A stretch of DNA of 64,000 nucleotides from sequence record OR496884.1, one strand, 5' to 3'. How positions within the stretch are numbered: the first letter of the stretch is position 1; every line of letters begins with the position of its first letter. Of this stretch, positions 9,595 to 18,714 are shown in pieces. Position numbers and translations under genes: made by a program. Under the pieces are notes generated by a model, which had not been told where the DNA came from, did no database searches, and saw only the letters and a list, made by a program, of their open reading frames with translations.

Positions 9595-9676
9595 CTCCTA
9601 AATTATATAAATATTTTACCAACTCCACATAGGATCGACAGTAATATTTTATGGTATTTCCTAAGAGAAAATTCAA

Positions 9677-10027
9677 ATGGATCAATTTCAATTTAAAAAT
9701 CCAAAGTTAGAATTTATTGTTGAGACAGGTAAATTTAGATTACTGGAAGATTATGTTACTCCAGAGTGTACAGTTCCCAAAGGCTTTGTTACTAATGGTG
9801 CGTCTTCGGGTAGAGTATTACAAACTTTCTTTCCATCTTATCATAAATATTTTCCAGCAGCAATCGTGCACGACTATATGTATGCAACGGGAATAGTTTC
9901 TAAAGAAGAAGCTGATAAGTTATTTAAATACAACATTGAAGTTAGATTAAAAATGAGTGCTAAATATTACGTCCCAATGTACTACGCGGTAAAGTTATTT
10001 GGTAAGTCGCATTACAAACAAAAATAA
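9677..10027 (+). CDS. DUF1353 family protein
   Basis: VPKGFVTNGAS...AAIVHDYMY...SKEEADKLF signature. Confidence 0.8.
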   Translation: MDQFQFKNPKLEFIVETGKFRLLEDYVTPECTVPKGFVTNGASSGRVLQTFFPSYHKYFPAAIVHDYMYATGIVSKEEADKLFKYNIEVRLKMSAKYYVPMYYAVKLFGKSHYKQK

Positions 10028-10036
10028 AATAAACAT

Positions 10037-10071
10037 AGTAGCTAGAGCACCCATTGGGTGCTCTAGCTACT
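10037..10071. terminator. Bidirectional hairpin, 16-17 bp stem
   Basis: agtagctagagcaccca-t-tgggtgctctagctact between convergent genes. Confidence 0.8.
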
Positions 10072-10080
10072 TTTATTAAG

Positions 10081-10644
10081 TTAACGTTGACGTAGTTTTA
10101 TACATTGATTTTTGTACCTTTCAATCCAGTCTGGTGAATCAAACTTTTCTTCATTATCCAGAATGTGTTTTAATTCAACTGGGAACTGAACATTGTATTT
10201 GGATATTACTCCTTTAATAAAATACGCTCCAAAAACATCGCAAGGCATCCAGATACCGCATGCTAAATGGAAAGAGACTCTTGTTTTTGGTTGTATTGTT
10301 TCATTGGTATGAACTTGTAACCAAGTGGCTTCAGCACCTTCTTTAGGATACCCAGAAGGATGAACTGTGTCATAATCAATATTGTTATGACTTAACCAGC
10401 AGTGGTTATGAATCATACAAATGTCAAGTTCTATTCCAAATCCAAATTTAAGAACGTGATAAGCAGCAATTGCCATCATCCCGCAATCACCTGAATTAAT
10501 TTGTTTCACAACATCTTCATCAGGGATTTTCTTATCAGCGTTATAAATTTTCCAACATTCAATCAGATCTTTAAAAACACGTTCGATAGCCTTTGCTTCA
10601 CAGAAGTTTTTGTAACTACCGTATTGTGTTAAATAAAAGCCCAC
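10081..10644 (-). CDS. Hypothetical protein with transglutaminase/papain-like Cys-His-Asp pattern
   Basis: INSGDCGMMA...HNHCWL...IDYD; GTG start with AAGGA RBS. Confidence 0.55.
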   Translation of the reverse strand: MGFYLTQYGSYKNFCEAKAIERVFKDLIECWKIYNADKKIPDEDVVKQINSGDCGMMAIAAYHVLKFGFGIELDICMIHNHCWLSHNNIDYDTVHPSGYPKEGAEATWLQVHTNETIQPKTRVSFHLACGIWMPCDVFGAYFIKGVISKYNVQFPVELKHILDNEEKFDSPDWIERYKNQCIKLRQR

Positions 10645-10687
10645 GGTGATTTCCTTTAAATAAATGTTTTCTAAGAAACTAATTGAA

Positions 10688-11251
10688 TTAAATTGTCAAT
10701 TCAGTATGATGATTTTCGGGATTCATGATCATCGCCATTGATTTAGTTATTCGAATTAATTCTTCAACATTCAATACAGTTTTATATCCATTTTTAACTT
10801 CGTATTCAAAAATAATTCCTGACTCATCAGTGACTGTAATTTTTATTCCATTTTTGTCATATACAAAAGTGTAACCGACAATATCATTATGACCATCATC
10901 TTTATCCAAAAATTCAATCGACAATTTTGAAAGAATTTGAATAAAAATATTATTAACATACGGTTCCAATCGGTTTTCTCGAACAGACACTGCGTTAAAA
11001 ACAGGTATTGTCGCAATCAATTTATTTGAAATGCTGGTTCCATTAGGAAACGTTTCAGTATTCAGATGAACTAGAATTTTGGAAATTCCAAAAGAATGAA
11101 TCAAAGAAAAATTTAGACTAACAGTACTGGTAACGGTATCACCCAATACTGTTTTAGTTTCAAACACGGCTGTTTGATTTTCACACATGAATTTCAAAAT
11201 CTTAACGACGCTTGGACGAACTTGGAGAAGATCATAAACATTTTTAAACAT
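10688..11251 (-). CDS. Hypothetical protein
   Basis: 187-aa ORF with AAGGA RBS, co-oriented with neighbours. Confidence 0.6.
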   Translation of the reverse strand: MFKNVYDLLQVRPSVVKILKFMCENQTAVFETKTVLGDTVTSTVSLNFSLIHSFGISKILVHLNTETFPNGTSISNKLIATIPVFNAVSVRENRLEPYVNNIFIQILSKLSIEFLDKDDGHNDIVGYTFVYDKNGIKITVTDESGIIFEYEVKNGYKTVLNVEELIRITKSMAMIMNPENHHTELTI

Positions 11252-11281
11252 GTTATTTTCCTTTTCTAAATAGAGGATTAA

Positions 11282-11593
11282 TTAAACTTTTCCACCTTGG
11301 AGATAACCTTCGCCTATCCAAGATTTCCAATAGTGCGAACATTCCGCTTTACCTAATTTCATTCTGCACTCTTTGTAAACGTTATTTCCTTTTTTAACTT
11401 TGTTATCTACTACATCGGGAAGTAATTGTCCATCTTTGTTTAGAATAACCATACATACGTCATTTCCTTTATCAGGAACACAACCATCCACATGCTCCAC
11501 TGTTGCTATCTGGTAGCGTTTTTGAACATCTTCAGCAGCCATGGTATTAAAAGAGATAACAAATGCAATACAAAGAGATACAGACGTTTTCAC
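11282..11593 (-). CDS. Small secreted/periplasmic protein
   Basis: Start moved to GTG 11593 (AAGGA RBS); signal-like MKTSVSLCIAFVISFNTMA-AED; four Cys in the mature part. Confidence 0.55.
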   Translation of the reverse strand: MKTSVSLCIAFVISFNTMAAEDVQKRYQIATVEHVDGCVPDKGNDVCMVILNKDGQLLPDVVDNKVKKGNNVYKECRMKLGKAECSHYWKSWIGEGYLQGGKV

Positions 11594-11621
11594 GACAAAA
11601 TCCTTAACTAAGTAAAAGGAG

Positions 11622-12188
11622 TTATTTGATAAAGAAATTACAGATATCTGTGGTGGTAGTGGCATTAAAGTTAAAATGACCGATTTTATCTTTTCCTTTA
11701 ATTACCAAGGTTGTCTCAGAACTTTTGTCGGAAATTTCCATATCCAACATTTTAAGCGCCTTGACCAGGCCACGTGTGACACATTGGTTATTAATACACC
11801 AATTGACAATAACGGAAATTGGATACCCTTGAGTTTTAAAATCTTTCAAGAAGTATTCTTCAATGTCGTCACGGACGTTATCGACATTACTCCAATCAAA
11901 AATCTGTTTAACAGATTTTAGTCCAATCCCTTGAATACCGGCATGCAATACTGCTGCTTCACCGCGAGCTTTAGAAATAGTGATATTGTCGCTATGGATA
12001 AACCCTACCATGAGAAAACTGCCAGTAACACGGGTTAGCGTTACTCGATATTCAAGACCGTTAAAAATACCTGCCAATTTCTTTTCACCGACATTTTCTA
12101 TTTTTGTGTAAAGCTCAGGATTCATGGTGTCAACCAAAGCTTTGACAATTGGGTTTTCTTTTATTTCAATCCCGTACAATGTTTCCAT
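11622..12188 (-). CDS. Hypothetical protein
   Basis: 188-aa ORF in a tightly packed run. Confidence 0.6.
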   Translation of the reverse strand: METLYGIEIKENPIVKALVDTMNPELYTKIENVGEKKLAGIFNGLEYRVTLTRVTGSFLMVGFIHSDNITISKARGEAAVLHAGIQGIGLKSVKQIFDWSNVDNVRDDIEEYFLKDFKTQGYPISVIVNWCINNQCVTRGLVKALKMLDMEISDKSSETTLVIKGKDKIGHFNFNATTTTDICNFFIK

Positions 12189-12190
12189 TA

Positions 12191-12532
12191 TTATGCTCCT
12201 TTCTTAACACGTTCAACCCAGTCTTGCATAAATGCAATGAAGTTTTCTTTGTTGGTCAAACCAACAGTAATGGGTTCACAAACATGACCACCCATACGAC
12301 GTTGGAATTTAGCCAGATAAGCATCTTCTTTTTTGGTCATTGTGATGTGTTGCCAATCGATATAACCAGTTAGCGACATTTCATTACCTTCAAAGCTAAC
12401 ACACAGCTCAAATGTTCCAAGTGCTTCGGTAGAACCACCAACTCTGAATTCACCTTGATTGGGCATGACGCGGTGCTTGGATTTTGGGTTGGTCATCAGA
12501 TCAGCAATTTTAGTGATAAATTCAAGCTTCAT
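12191..12532 (-). CDS. Hypothetical protein
   Basis: Start moved to ATG 12532 (AGGA RBS; MKLEFITK...). Confidence 0.55.
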   Translation of the reverse strand: MKLEFITKIADLMTNPKSKHRVMPNQGEFRVGGSTEALGTFELCVSFEGNEMSLTGYIDWQHITMTKKEDAYLAKFQRRMGGHVCEPITVGLTNKENFIAFMQDWVERVKKGA

Positions 12533-12609
12533 TTTGTTTTCCTGGTGTTGAAGTAAAAAACATAAAAATGTCAAGGATCTGTATTAAAATTACAGCGTGC
12601 TATTAAACG

Positions 12610-12930
12610 TCAAAGAAATAGTTCACCTACGCGTTCAGCCAAAAGTTCGGCTTTCTCTTCGTAAAGCGTTTTCTTTCCAATAGCGGTTATTTCAAAAATA
12701 ACCTGTGCTGTTTCAACAGCTTTGCATTTTGGATTGGAGATAACTACTTCAAGTGACATATTTCCGTTAATTGTTTTTTCGGTTTTCACTAAAGCACTTG
12801 AACCATTGGAAAGATTAAAACGTTTAAAATCTTTGTTAGTTGTCGCCCACAGGCTTTTAGCGGATACGGCAACTGCGTTAATCAATCGGGCTTTACCTAC
12901 TGGAGTCAAATCTTCAAATACACTTTCCAT
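12610..12930 (-). CDS. Hypothetical protein
   Basis: 106 aa, AAGG RBS, abuts the upstream gene. Confidence 0.6.
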   Translation of the reverse strand: MESVFEDLTPVGKARLINAVAVSAKSLWATTNKDFKRFNLSNGSSALVKTEKTINGNMSLEVVISNPKCKAVETAQVIFEITAIGKKTLYEEKAELLAERVGELFL

Positions 12931-12931
12931 T

Positions 12932-13612
12932 TTAATTACCTTCTAAGTTGGCTGGAAGTAATGATGCTTTTAATGCTTCAGTTATTTCAATGTACCCTGT
13001 TTTCATTCCGTCTTTTGCGGTGATGCTAAACTTTTCTTTTGCGACTTGATCGACAATGTCAAATCCATTAACAAGTACCTTTTGTCTATCAAGTTGAGAG
13101 AAGTCTTTTGATACTTTTATCAAACCAAGAATGATTTCTTGATCCATTTTATCAAAGTTTAATCCATCTTCATTTATCCAACTGTAATAATAACCGTAGG
13201 ATAAATAGTTAGATTTAAGAGAACTGTATTCCTCGGATTCAAACAACATGTCCCTTGTTTTAATCCCCAGTTCTGTAATGGAGTCCGCTCCCCCAGACAT
13301 TGTTACACCTGTGATTAAACACTCCACAGGAACAGCTTCAACAAAGTCGTCGTATTGGAAAAAATGGTAAACCATTAAACACCAATCTCTTGGTTCTCCA
13401 AAAAGAAAATCGACAATAAGTTTTTTAGCAATGATTAAATCTTCACCTTTTAACTTCATATATAATTCTGAAAAATTGAAACTAGAGGGAAGTGTGAATT
13501 CATCACCAATCATGTAATACTTTCCAACAATGGAATTCACTACATATTTTATTGCACTGATTCGATCCCGTTTTTTGTTTTGGTTCTTTTTACGGACCTT
13601 AGCAACAGCCAT
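12932..13612 (-). CDS. Hypothetical protein with basic N-terminus
   Basis: 226 aa; MAVAKVRKKNQNKKRDR; GAGG RBS; first gene after promoter motif. Confidence 0.65.
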   Translation of the reverse strand: MAVAKVRKKNQNKKRDRISAIKYVVNSIVGKYYMIGDEFTLPSSFNFSELYMKLKGEDLIIAKKLIVDFLFGEPRDWCLMVYHFFQYDDFVEAVPVECLITGVTMSGGADSITELGIKTRDMLFESEEYSSLKSNYLSYGYYYSWINEDGLNFDKMDQEIILGLIKVSKDFSQLDRQKVLVNGFDIVDQVAKEKFSITAKDGMKTGYIEITEALKASLLPANLEGN

Positions 13613-13643
13613 GGAAATACCTCTAAATTAAAAAGTGTTTATC

Positions 13644-13667
13644 TTATCACATTGATAATATAGGTTT
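13644..13667 (-). promoter_or_regulatory. Candidate early promoter (phiKZ-type TATATTAY)
   Basis: - strand AAACCTATATTATCAATGTGATAA; near-copy at 50928-50951. Confidence 0.65.
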
Positions 13668-13704
13668 TAATATTTATGGGAATAAATAAACATACAGCAT
13701 AGTA

Positions 13705-13731
13705 GGTAAGAGGGGAAATTCCCCTCTTACC
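13705..13731. terminator. Hairpin
   Basis: ggtaagaggggaa-a-ttcccctcttacc; T-rich tail on - strand. Confidence 0.75.
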
Positions 13732-13734
13732 TGT

Positions 13735-14472
13735 TTACACACCGTAAAGATAATCGTTACCATCAATTACAGCATAGCGGTTTATTTCTTTATTATAAAG
13801 CAGTGTCGCCCCGCGTTCAGGAATAATTGTTCTGATAAAAAGATCTGTATTTTCATTTGAAATTAAATGATCATTTCCAGAGCTATCAGTTACAATAAAT
13901 TTCCAATAACTTGAACTAAAAGCAACAGCATGACCTTTACCAGAAGGCGCATCTAGATTTTGTATTGTAGTAACAAAATCATAATCCAAATTGATCATAG
14001 TAGTATTAATGACGTGTTCGTTTGCCAACAATACAATCTGACCACTAATGACTGTTTCGTTTTCGCAAGAAATGAGTATAAACCAATATGTTCTTTCTGA
14101 TACTTCCATTTCTTTTGAAAGTTCATTTAAACTTTCTTCCCATTGAGCTTCATCAATAACATATTTTTCGTTAGATGGAAGATCAAAAAGAGGGGTTATT
14201 TCCAAACCCCTTAGAAAATCAAACATTTGGTCCTTTGCACAGCACTCATCGTTTTCATCTGGGTAAAGTGTTCCAGGACAAGGATTAATCCTCATTTGAA
14301 TAAAGGGTTGTTTAATCCCATCTTTACTTTTAAAACAAACTTTACCTTCACCTGACAAAGACAGATAAAGTGTTCCAGAATTACGAAGAGCTTTTGCACG
14401 AATAGATCGAAAAGCATCAGTACGGGCTTTAACGATATCGTCCATTTCTTCTTTTGTTTTAGGTTGTGTCAT
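13735..14472 (-). CDS. Hypothetical protein
   Basis: 245-aa ORF. Confidence 0.65.
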   Translation of the reverse strand: MTQPKTKEEMDDIVKARTDAFRSIRAKALRNSGTLYLSLSGEGKVCFKSKDGIKQPFIQMRINPCPGTLYPDENDECCAKDQMFDFLRGLEITPLFDLPSNEKYVIDEAQWEESLNELSKEMEVSERTYWFILISCENETVISGQIVLLANEHVINTTMINLDYDFVTTIQNLDAPSGKGHAVAFSSSYWKFIVTDSSGNDHLISNENTDLFIRTIIPERGATLLYNKEINRYAVIDGNDYLYGV

Positions 14473-14474
14473 AC

Positions 14475-15680
14475 TTAACCTTTAGTCACTGATGCGATCA
14501 GCTCCCACAAATTCAACCTAGACTCAATCTGTGATTTAATATGGTCATATTGAGACCAAATAGATTGATTGTTAAACGAAGGAAAATTCTTAGGAGCATA
14601 CGCCTGGTTAAACAAAGAGAAAATGAATTTTTGAATGTCATTTTCCGGAATGATTGTTGGAACGTTGGGTTGATAAGTGAATGCCGGTTCAATAGGCTGA
14701 AAAGGTTGGAATGGGGTTTTAAAACGATCATCGTTTTTCAGATCAGCCATTGTTACAATTCGGTCTTTAATGTACATACCGATATTTTTGCTACGGTAAT
14801 CATCTTCACTGATCAACATAAACTCATTGGAATCAATGCCTTGAATGATCCCATAATGACTACGATGTCTGACAGTATAAACCCCACTTGCCCGAGCATG
14901 AATACTAAAATCCCAAATGTTTACATCGTCAACAACAAGAGATGTTCCACCTTTAGACCAGTTACCAAATGTAAATTTATTGAAATCGCATTTTGTTATG
15001 GAAACACGGTTTGTAACATTAATGCTGGTTTCTTTACACTCGTGTTCATCAATCCAAACATAATCTCCTCTGATAGAACTATTAGAAATGGAAGAACTTT
15101 TAATTGCTCCAGAACTCATTTCTAGTGTAGAAGATCGAATGCTTACCTTGCTTAAATCCAAGGAGTTTTCAATTTTACACGAGACATTATAGAGATTGAC
15201 AAGATTATTGATATAAAGGTTTTTACCTTCAATACTTCCACCATTCAAAATAAGAACGTTACAGTTTTCAACCAGTTCAAGTTCGGCGTTACCGTACGAA
15301 GTTTCAATGTCTTTTAATTTTATTTTACTTCCCAGCGAGATATAAATTTTGACATGATTGACTAGCGCATAAAACCATTTATTATTCTTTCTTGTGGTTT
15401 CAAAATCGTCTTGATTATAAGCACCAAAATAACCTTTATTGGATACCTCCCCTCTATCTCGAGAAAATCGATTTCTTCGATTAGGGACATCCGATTGTTT
15501 AACTTCTATTAGTTCAATTTGTTTATCATTAATAAAAATAGTCGGAGTATCTTCCGGTTCCAATCTGGAAGAAGGTACGGATTGATTTTGAATTTCTGAC
15601 AGGTTTGTTTTTTCAGCAAATGGTTCCATTTGAGCTTCGATACTTTCAAAACTAGCAGCACTTTTCTTTTTAACAGTCAT
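14475..15680 (-). CDS. Hypothetical protein with Ser/Ile-rich beta-solenoid-like centre
   Basis: Start moved to ATG 15680 (AAGGA RBS; the longer ORF runs through a terminator hairpin); repeats such as SKVSIRSSTLEMSSGAIKSSSISNSSIRG. Confidence 0.6.
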   Translation of the reverse strand: MTVKKKSAASFESIEAQMEPFAEKTNLSEIQNQSVPSSRLEPEDTPTIFINDKQIELIEVKQSDVPNRRNRFSRDRGEVSNKGYFGAYNQDDFETTRKNNKWFYALVNHVKIYISLGSKIKLKDIETSYGNAELELVENCNVLILNGGSIEGKNLYINNLVNLYNVSCKIENSLDLSKVSIRSSTLEMSSGAIKSSSISNSSIRGDYVWIDEHECKETSINVTNRVSITKCDFNKFTFGNWSKGGTSLVVDDVNIWDFSIHARASGVYTVRHRSHYGIIQGIDSNEFMLISEDDYRSKNIGMYIKDRIVTMADLKNDDRFKTPFQPFQPIEPAFTYQPNVPTIIPENDIQKFIFSLFNQAYAPKNFPSFNNQSIWSQYDHIKSQIESRLNLWELIASVTKG

Positions 15681-15706
15681 CAGATTTTCCTTTTTAGACA
15701 AAAATA

Positions 15707-15732
15707 AAAAGGAGGAAACATTTCCTCCTTTT
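15707..15732. terminator. 12-bp hairpin
   Basis: aaaaggaggaaa-ca-tttcctcctttt. Confidence 0.7.
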
Positions 15733-15743
15733 ACCACCAAACG

Positions 15744-15848
15744 TTATTTGCTAAAGTACATCGGAATAATGCTTCCCACTAATCCCCAGAAAAGCACTAT
15801 AATAACAATGGCTAACAAACCCCGTTTTTTATTCTTTAACCCTACCAC
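15744..15848 (-). CDS. 34-aa single-pass membrane peptide (not in ORF track)
   Basis: GGAG-7nt-GTG; MVGLKNKKRGLLAIVIIVLFWGLVGSIIPMYFSK*; overlaps the end of the upstream gene by 20 nt. Confidence 0.55.
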   Translation of the reverse strand: MVGLKNKKRGLLAIVIIVLFWGLVGSIIPMYFSK

Positions 15849-16161
15849 TTTTGTACTCCATGTGAAGCGGAGGTGAGAAGTCATAAATACAAAATGTTTC
15901 TATGACTCTTTCCCCAGTTTTAGGATCAGTTACCCTGGAAGTCCAACCGTGTTCGTCTCGACAGTCCATTAAAAAGTTAGGGTAAACAATGACTTCTTGT
16001 TTACCAATTTCAACTAACCGTTTAGTGAGGTCTGATTGTTCTTTTGCAATGATAACCACATCAGCAATTATCCCTGGCAAAAGCAAAACAAACACGACTA
16101 GCAATATCCAGGCTAACTCGGATTTGACTCGTTGTGTGATATTATATTTATCTTCCATCAA
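15829..16161 (-). CDS. Membrane-anchored hypothetical protein
   Basis: N-terminal TM LAWILLVVFVLLLPGIIADVVIIA; two Cys in the soluble part. Confidence 0.6.
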   Translation of the reverse strand: MMEDKYNITQRVKSELAWILLVVFVLLLPGIIADVVIIAKEQSDLTKRLVEIGKQEVIVYPNFLMDCRDEHGWTSRVTDPKTGERVIETFCIYDFSPPLHMEYKSGRVKE

Positions 16162-16167
16162 TACACC

Positions 16168-16527
16168 TTAGTGATGTGAGAGACTCCTTTCCAGTTGGGT
16201 ATTTTTATAACCATGTTTCTTTTGCAGCATGGCTTCCATTTCCACATAGGTCGGGAAGGCTACACTGACATTGTGGATTCCATTGGTTCGTTCCAAAGTG
16301 ACAGTAAAATCAACACCCAGGCGATCGCAAATGGTCAACAAGTGTTCAAAAGAAACTTGATTTGCTTTACCGTTTTTCACAGCAAGCAACCCATGGTAAG
16401 AAGCGGTGGTATCATCGGCGATGTTCTTGACACTATTTCCTTGACTCATCATCAGGTTGATGACATAGGCAAGACGAATTACCAGAACTTTCTTTGCATT
16501 TTTTACAGTATTATGATTATAACGCAT
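16168..16527 (-). CDS. Cro/C1-type (XRE) helix-turn-helix protein
   Basis: SVKNIADDTTASYHGLLAVKNGKANQVSFEHLLTICDRLGVD. Confidence 0.7.
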   Translation of the reverse strand: MRYNHNTVKNAKKVLVIRLAYVINLMMSQGNSVKNIADDTTASYHGLLAVKNGKANQVSFEHLLTICDRLGVDFTVTLERTNGIHNVSVAFPTYVEMEAMLQKKHGYKNTQLERSLSHH

Positions 16528-16588
16528 CGTTTTATTTTCCTAAATAAATAAAAGTGAAGGTCTTACAGTAGAAGAAACGATTTTCTTC

Positions 16589-16608
16589 TTACACATCGAT
16601 AATATCTA
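16589..16608 (-). promoter_or_regulatory. Candidate early-type promoter
   Basis: - strand TAGATATTATCGATGTGTAA upstream of the HTH gene. Confidence 0.5.
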
Positions 16609-16626
16609 TCTGTAAAAATATGGAAA

Positions 16627-17526
16627 TCAAATATCAGACAAATGGTATTTCTTGCTAATCATCGTCATTGTTCGAATCCCGCTATAACCCTGTTTAAACG
16701 GATATTTAACGCGGTTGATCCTATTAGATAGTTCTTTAATTCCCTCGGACATGGGTTCAAAGAAATTTGATGTTTTTAACCATTTTCCAAAGACATTTGT
16801 CAGCACTGTTTTAATACTGAAATAATCAATTAGATTTAATTGATTATTAAAAGTAACAGCGTCAGGAATGATAATTTGGTTCATTGTTTTGTATTCGTTT
16901 ATTTTAACTCCACCTAACTGAAAACTGACAGTATCTTTACCCATTAACATACTTGTTGAATATCCAGCAATAATTTTATCTTTAATCTCATTAGGTAACG
17001 ACTCAAACATCATCTTTTTATCTAAATCCCAAACAGGAAGTTCTATCTTTATTCCAGATTTTTTTCTGTTGTAACAATGGACTTCTTTTGAAATATCAGC
17101 TAAATGAAAATAGTGATCTTGATCAAATGTAGAATCAACGTCGTCTTTATGCCAGCCAACATAAATTACGGCATTTTCAAAATACCCAGCAACTTGTATT
17201 AATGCGTTTCTTACCGCCAATTGCTGAGGGAGTGTTTCAATCATGGCGTGTTCATTGCTTCCATTTTCATCAATTTCTGTTCCAAAAATACACAAAGATG
17301 TCGTAGTAGGAAGATGAAAATTTAACTCATCAGAGATTTGATTTGGATAAAGTTTATGGAGTTCATTAATGATGTTTCTTTTTGCATAAATTTCCGGTAT
17401 TGCAGTGATGGCAGGAGCACCAACATTAATATGGACGACAACAACTTCTTTACCTTCTGAAAGAAGTTTATTTACAATATAAGTCGAATCCAAACCGCCA
17501 CTAAATGCCACGTAGTGTTTAACCAT
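16627..17526 (-). CDS. QueC-like N-type ATP pyrophosphatase
   Basis: Start moved to ATG 17526 (AAGGA RBS); PP-loop VAFSGGLDSTY; no C-terminal Zn-binding Cys cluster seen. Confidence 0.7.
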   Translation of the reverse strand: MVKHYVAFSGGLDSTYIVNKLLSEGKEVVVVHINVGAPAITAIPEIYAKRNIINELHKLYPNQISDELNFHLPTTTSLCIFGTEIDENGSNEHAMIETLPQQLAVRNALIQVAGYFENAVIYVGWHKDDVDSTFDQDHYFHLADISKEVHCYNRKKSGIKIELPVWDLDKKMMFESLPNEIKDKIIAGYSTSMLMGKDTVSFQLGGVKINEYKTMNQIIIPDAVTFNNQLNLIDYFSIKTVLTNVFGKWLKTSNFFEPMSEGIKELSNRINRVKYPFKQGYSGIRTMTMISKKYHLSDI

Positions 17527-17594
17527 TTTCAATTTTCCTTTTATTATAATTACACATAAGTTAGTCACAGTTGTTATTAAAAACATAACAAAAA

Positions 17595-17628
17595 TAGAAA
17601 CTAATCGGGATGTCCCGATTAGTTTCTA
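17595..17628. terminator. 16-bp hairpin
   Basis: tagaaactaatcggga-tg-tcccgattagtttcta. Confidence 0.78.
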
Positions 17629-17638
17629 AATGTATGAT

Positions 17639-18628
17639 TTATTTAACCGAATAAAGAATCCAGTTCTCAAGGAACTTTAGGATTTCTAGCATAATCTTTT
17701 CAACTGGATCAGTAAAGGGATCCAGTTGTTTATTATCTATATCACCCCACTCGGCAGCCAGCGCTAACTCCTTCACAACGTCATCAGAGACATTCATCCA
17801 GAAATCACTATCCATGATATCACTCCAATCCAGAGCAATATCTACTAAATTTTCACGTTCTGTAGCCAACCCCCAAACAAACAAAGAAACTGTCTTCATC
17901 AAATCGGCAATTTCTTTTACTTGATCTTTGGTCAAAACAGGAACACTATTATGAACGTATTCATTTCCAATCAATGATAAATACGCTTCTTTATTAACTG
18001 GCATTATAGCAGGCTTGATGGGATAAAGTTTTTTAACTTTTTCTACATCTTCTTCGTTGTATTGTTTATTTTTAAATTGATTAAAAATCTTAAGTCCTGT
18101 TCCCAAACGACGCTCTGCATTTTTAATAATGCCGGAATAGTCATTTTTACATTTGTCAAGAATGTCTTTAATAACTTTCTTATATTCATCCGCTGTTTTC
18201 AATTCATTAAAAACACCAGGAGTTTGGAATTTGCTAAACCCAATGTTAATAAATGTTTGATCTGCTTGCCAGCGGTTACTTTTATAAAGTTCAACAGCTT
18301 TGTCTGTTTCGCCTATATGAGTTTTTATGGCCGCCAGTGCCTTTTTATTTGGTTTTCCTTTAATAGCTTCGACAACAGCCTTTAACCCTTTTTTCATGGT
18401 GTCAACAAAACCTTCCATCCCAGAGATAGTTGGTTCTACTTCAGTTCCATAAGTCTCTTTGATATAGTTTACAGTTCGCTTCAGTGTTTCTTCTTCATTA
18501 CTTCCACTTTCACAACCAGCGTACTTTTCTTTGTTATTGATAAAAGTTTCTTCAATAACAGTAATATCGACTTTACATGTTGCAGCATAATCTTTTAATT
18601 CAACTGCGTTTAAATTACGGATATCCAT
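17639..18628 (-). CDS. Probable internal head protein, phiKZ-like family
   Basis: AGCESG and ISGMEGFVDTMKKGLKAVVEAI: G-x-E site then amphipathic helix, as in 4578..5522. Confidence 0.55.
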   Translation of the reverse strand: MDIRNLNAVELKDYAATCKVDITVIEETFINNKEKYAGCESGSNEEETLKRTVNYIKETYGTEVEPTISGMEGFVDTMKKGLKAVVEAIKGKPNKKALAAIKTHIGETDKAVELYKSNRWQADQTFINIGFSKFQTPGVFNELKTADEYKKVIKDILDKCKNDYSGIIKNAERRLGTGLKIFNQFKNKQYNEEDVEKVKKLYPIKPAIMPVNKEAYLSLIGNEYVHNSVPVLTKDQVKEIADLMKTVSLFVWGLATERENLVDIALDWSDIMDSDFWMNVSDDVVKELALAAEWGDIDNKQLDPFTDPVEKIMLEILKFLENWILYSVK

Positions 18629-18677
18629 CTTAACTTTCCTTGGTTAATTAATGCAAAGGATAAATGAAAGCAAAATG

Positions 18678-18705
18678 TCCTGCACCGCATTATAGCGGTG
18701 CAGGA
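18678..18705. terminator. 11-bp GC-rich hairpin
   Basis: tcctgcaccgc-attata-gcggtgcagga. Confidence 0.65.
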
Positions 18706-18714
18706 GCATCTTAA

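Noticed and set aside
14541-15125. 194-aa + strand ORF and the many other short antisense ORFs in the track
   Set aside because: They lie wholly inside better-supported genes on the other strand and lack RBS or protein-like composition.
16627-17526. A 7-deazaguanine DNA-modification cluster
   Set aside because: No partner genes in the window; reported only as a lone QueC-like gene.
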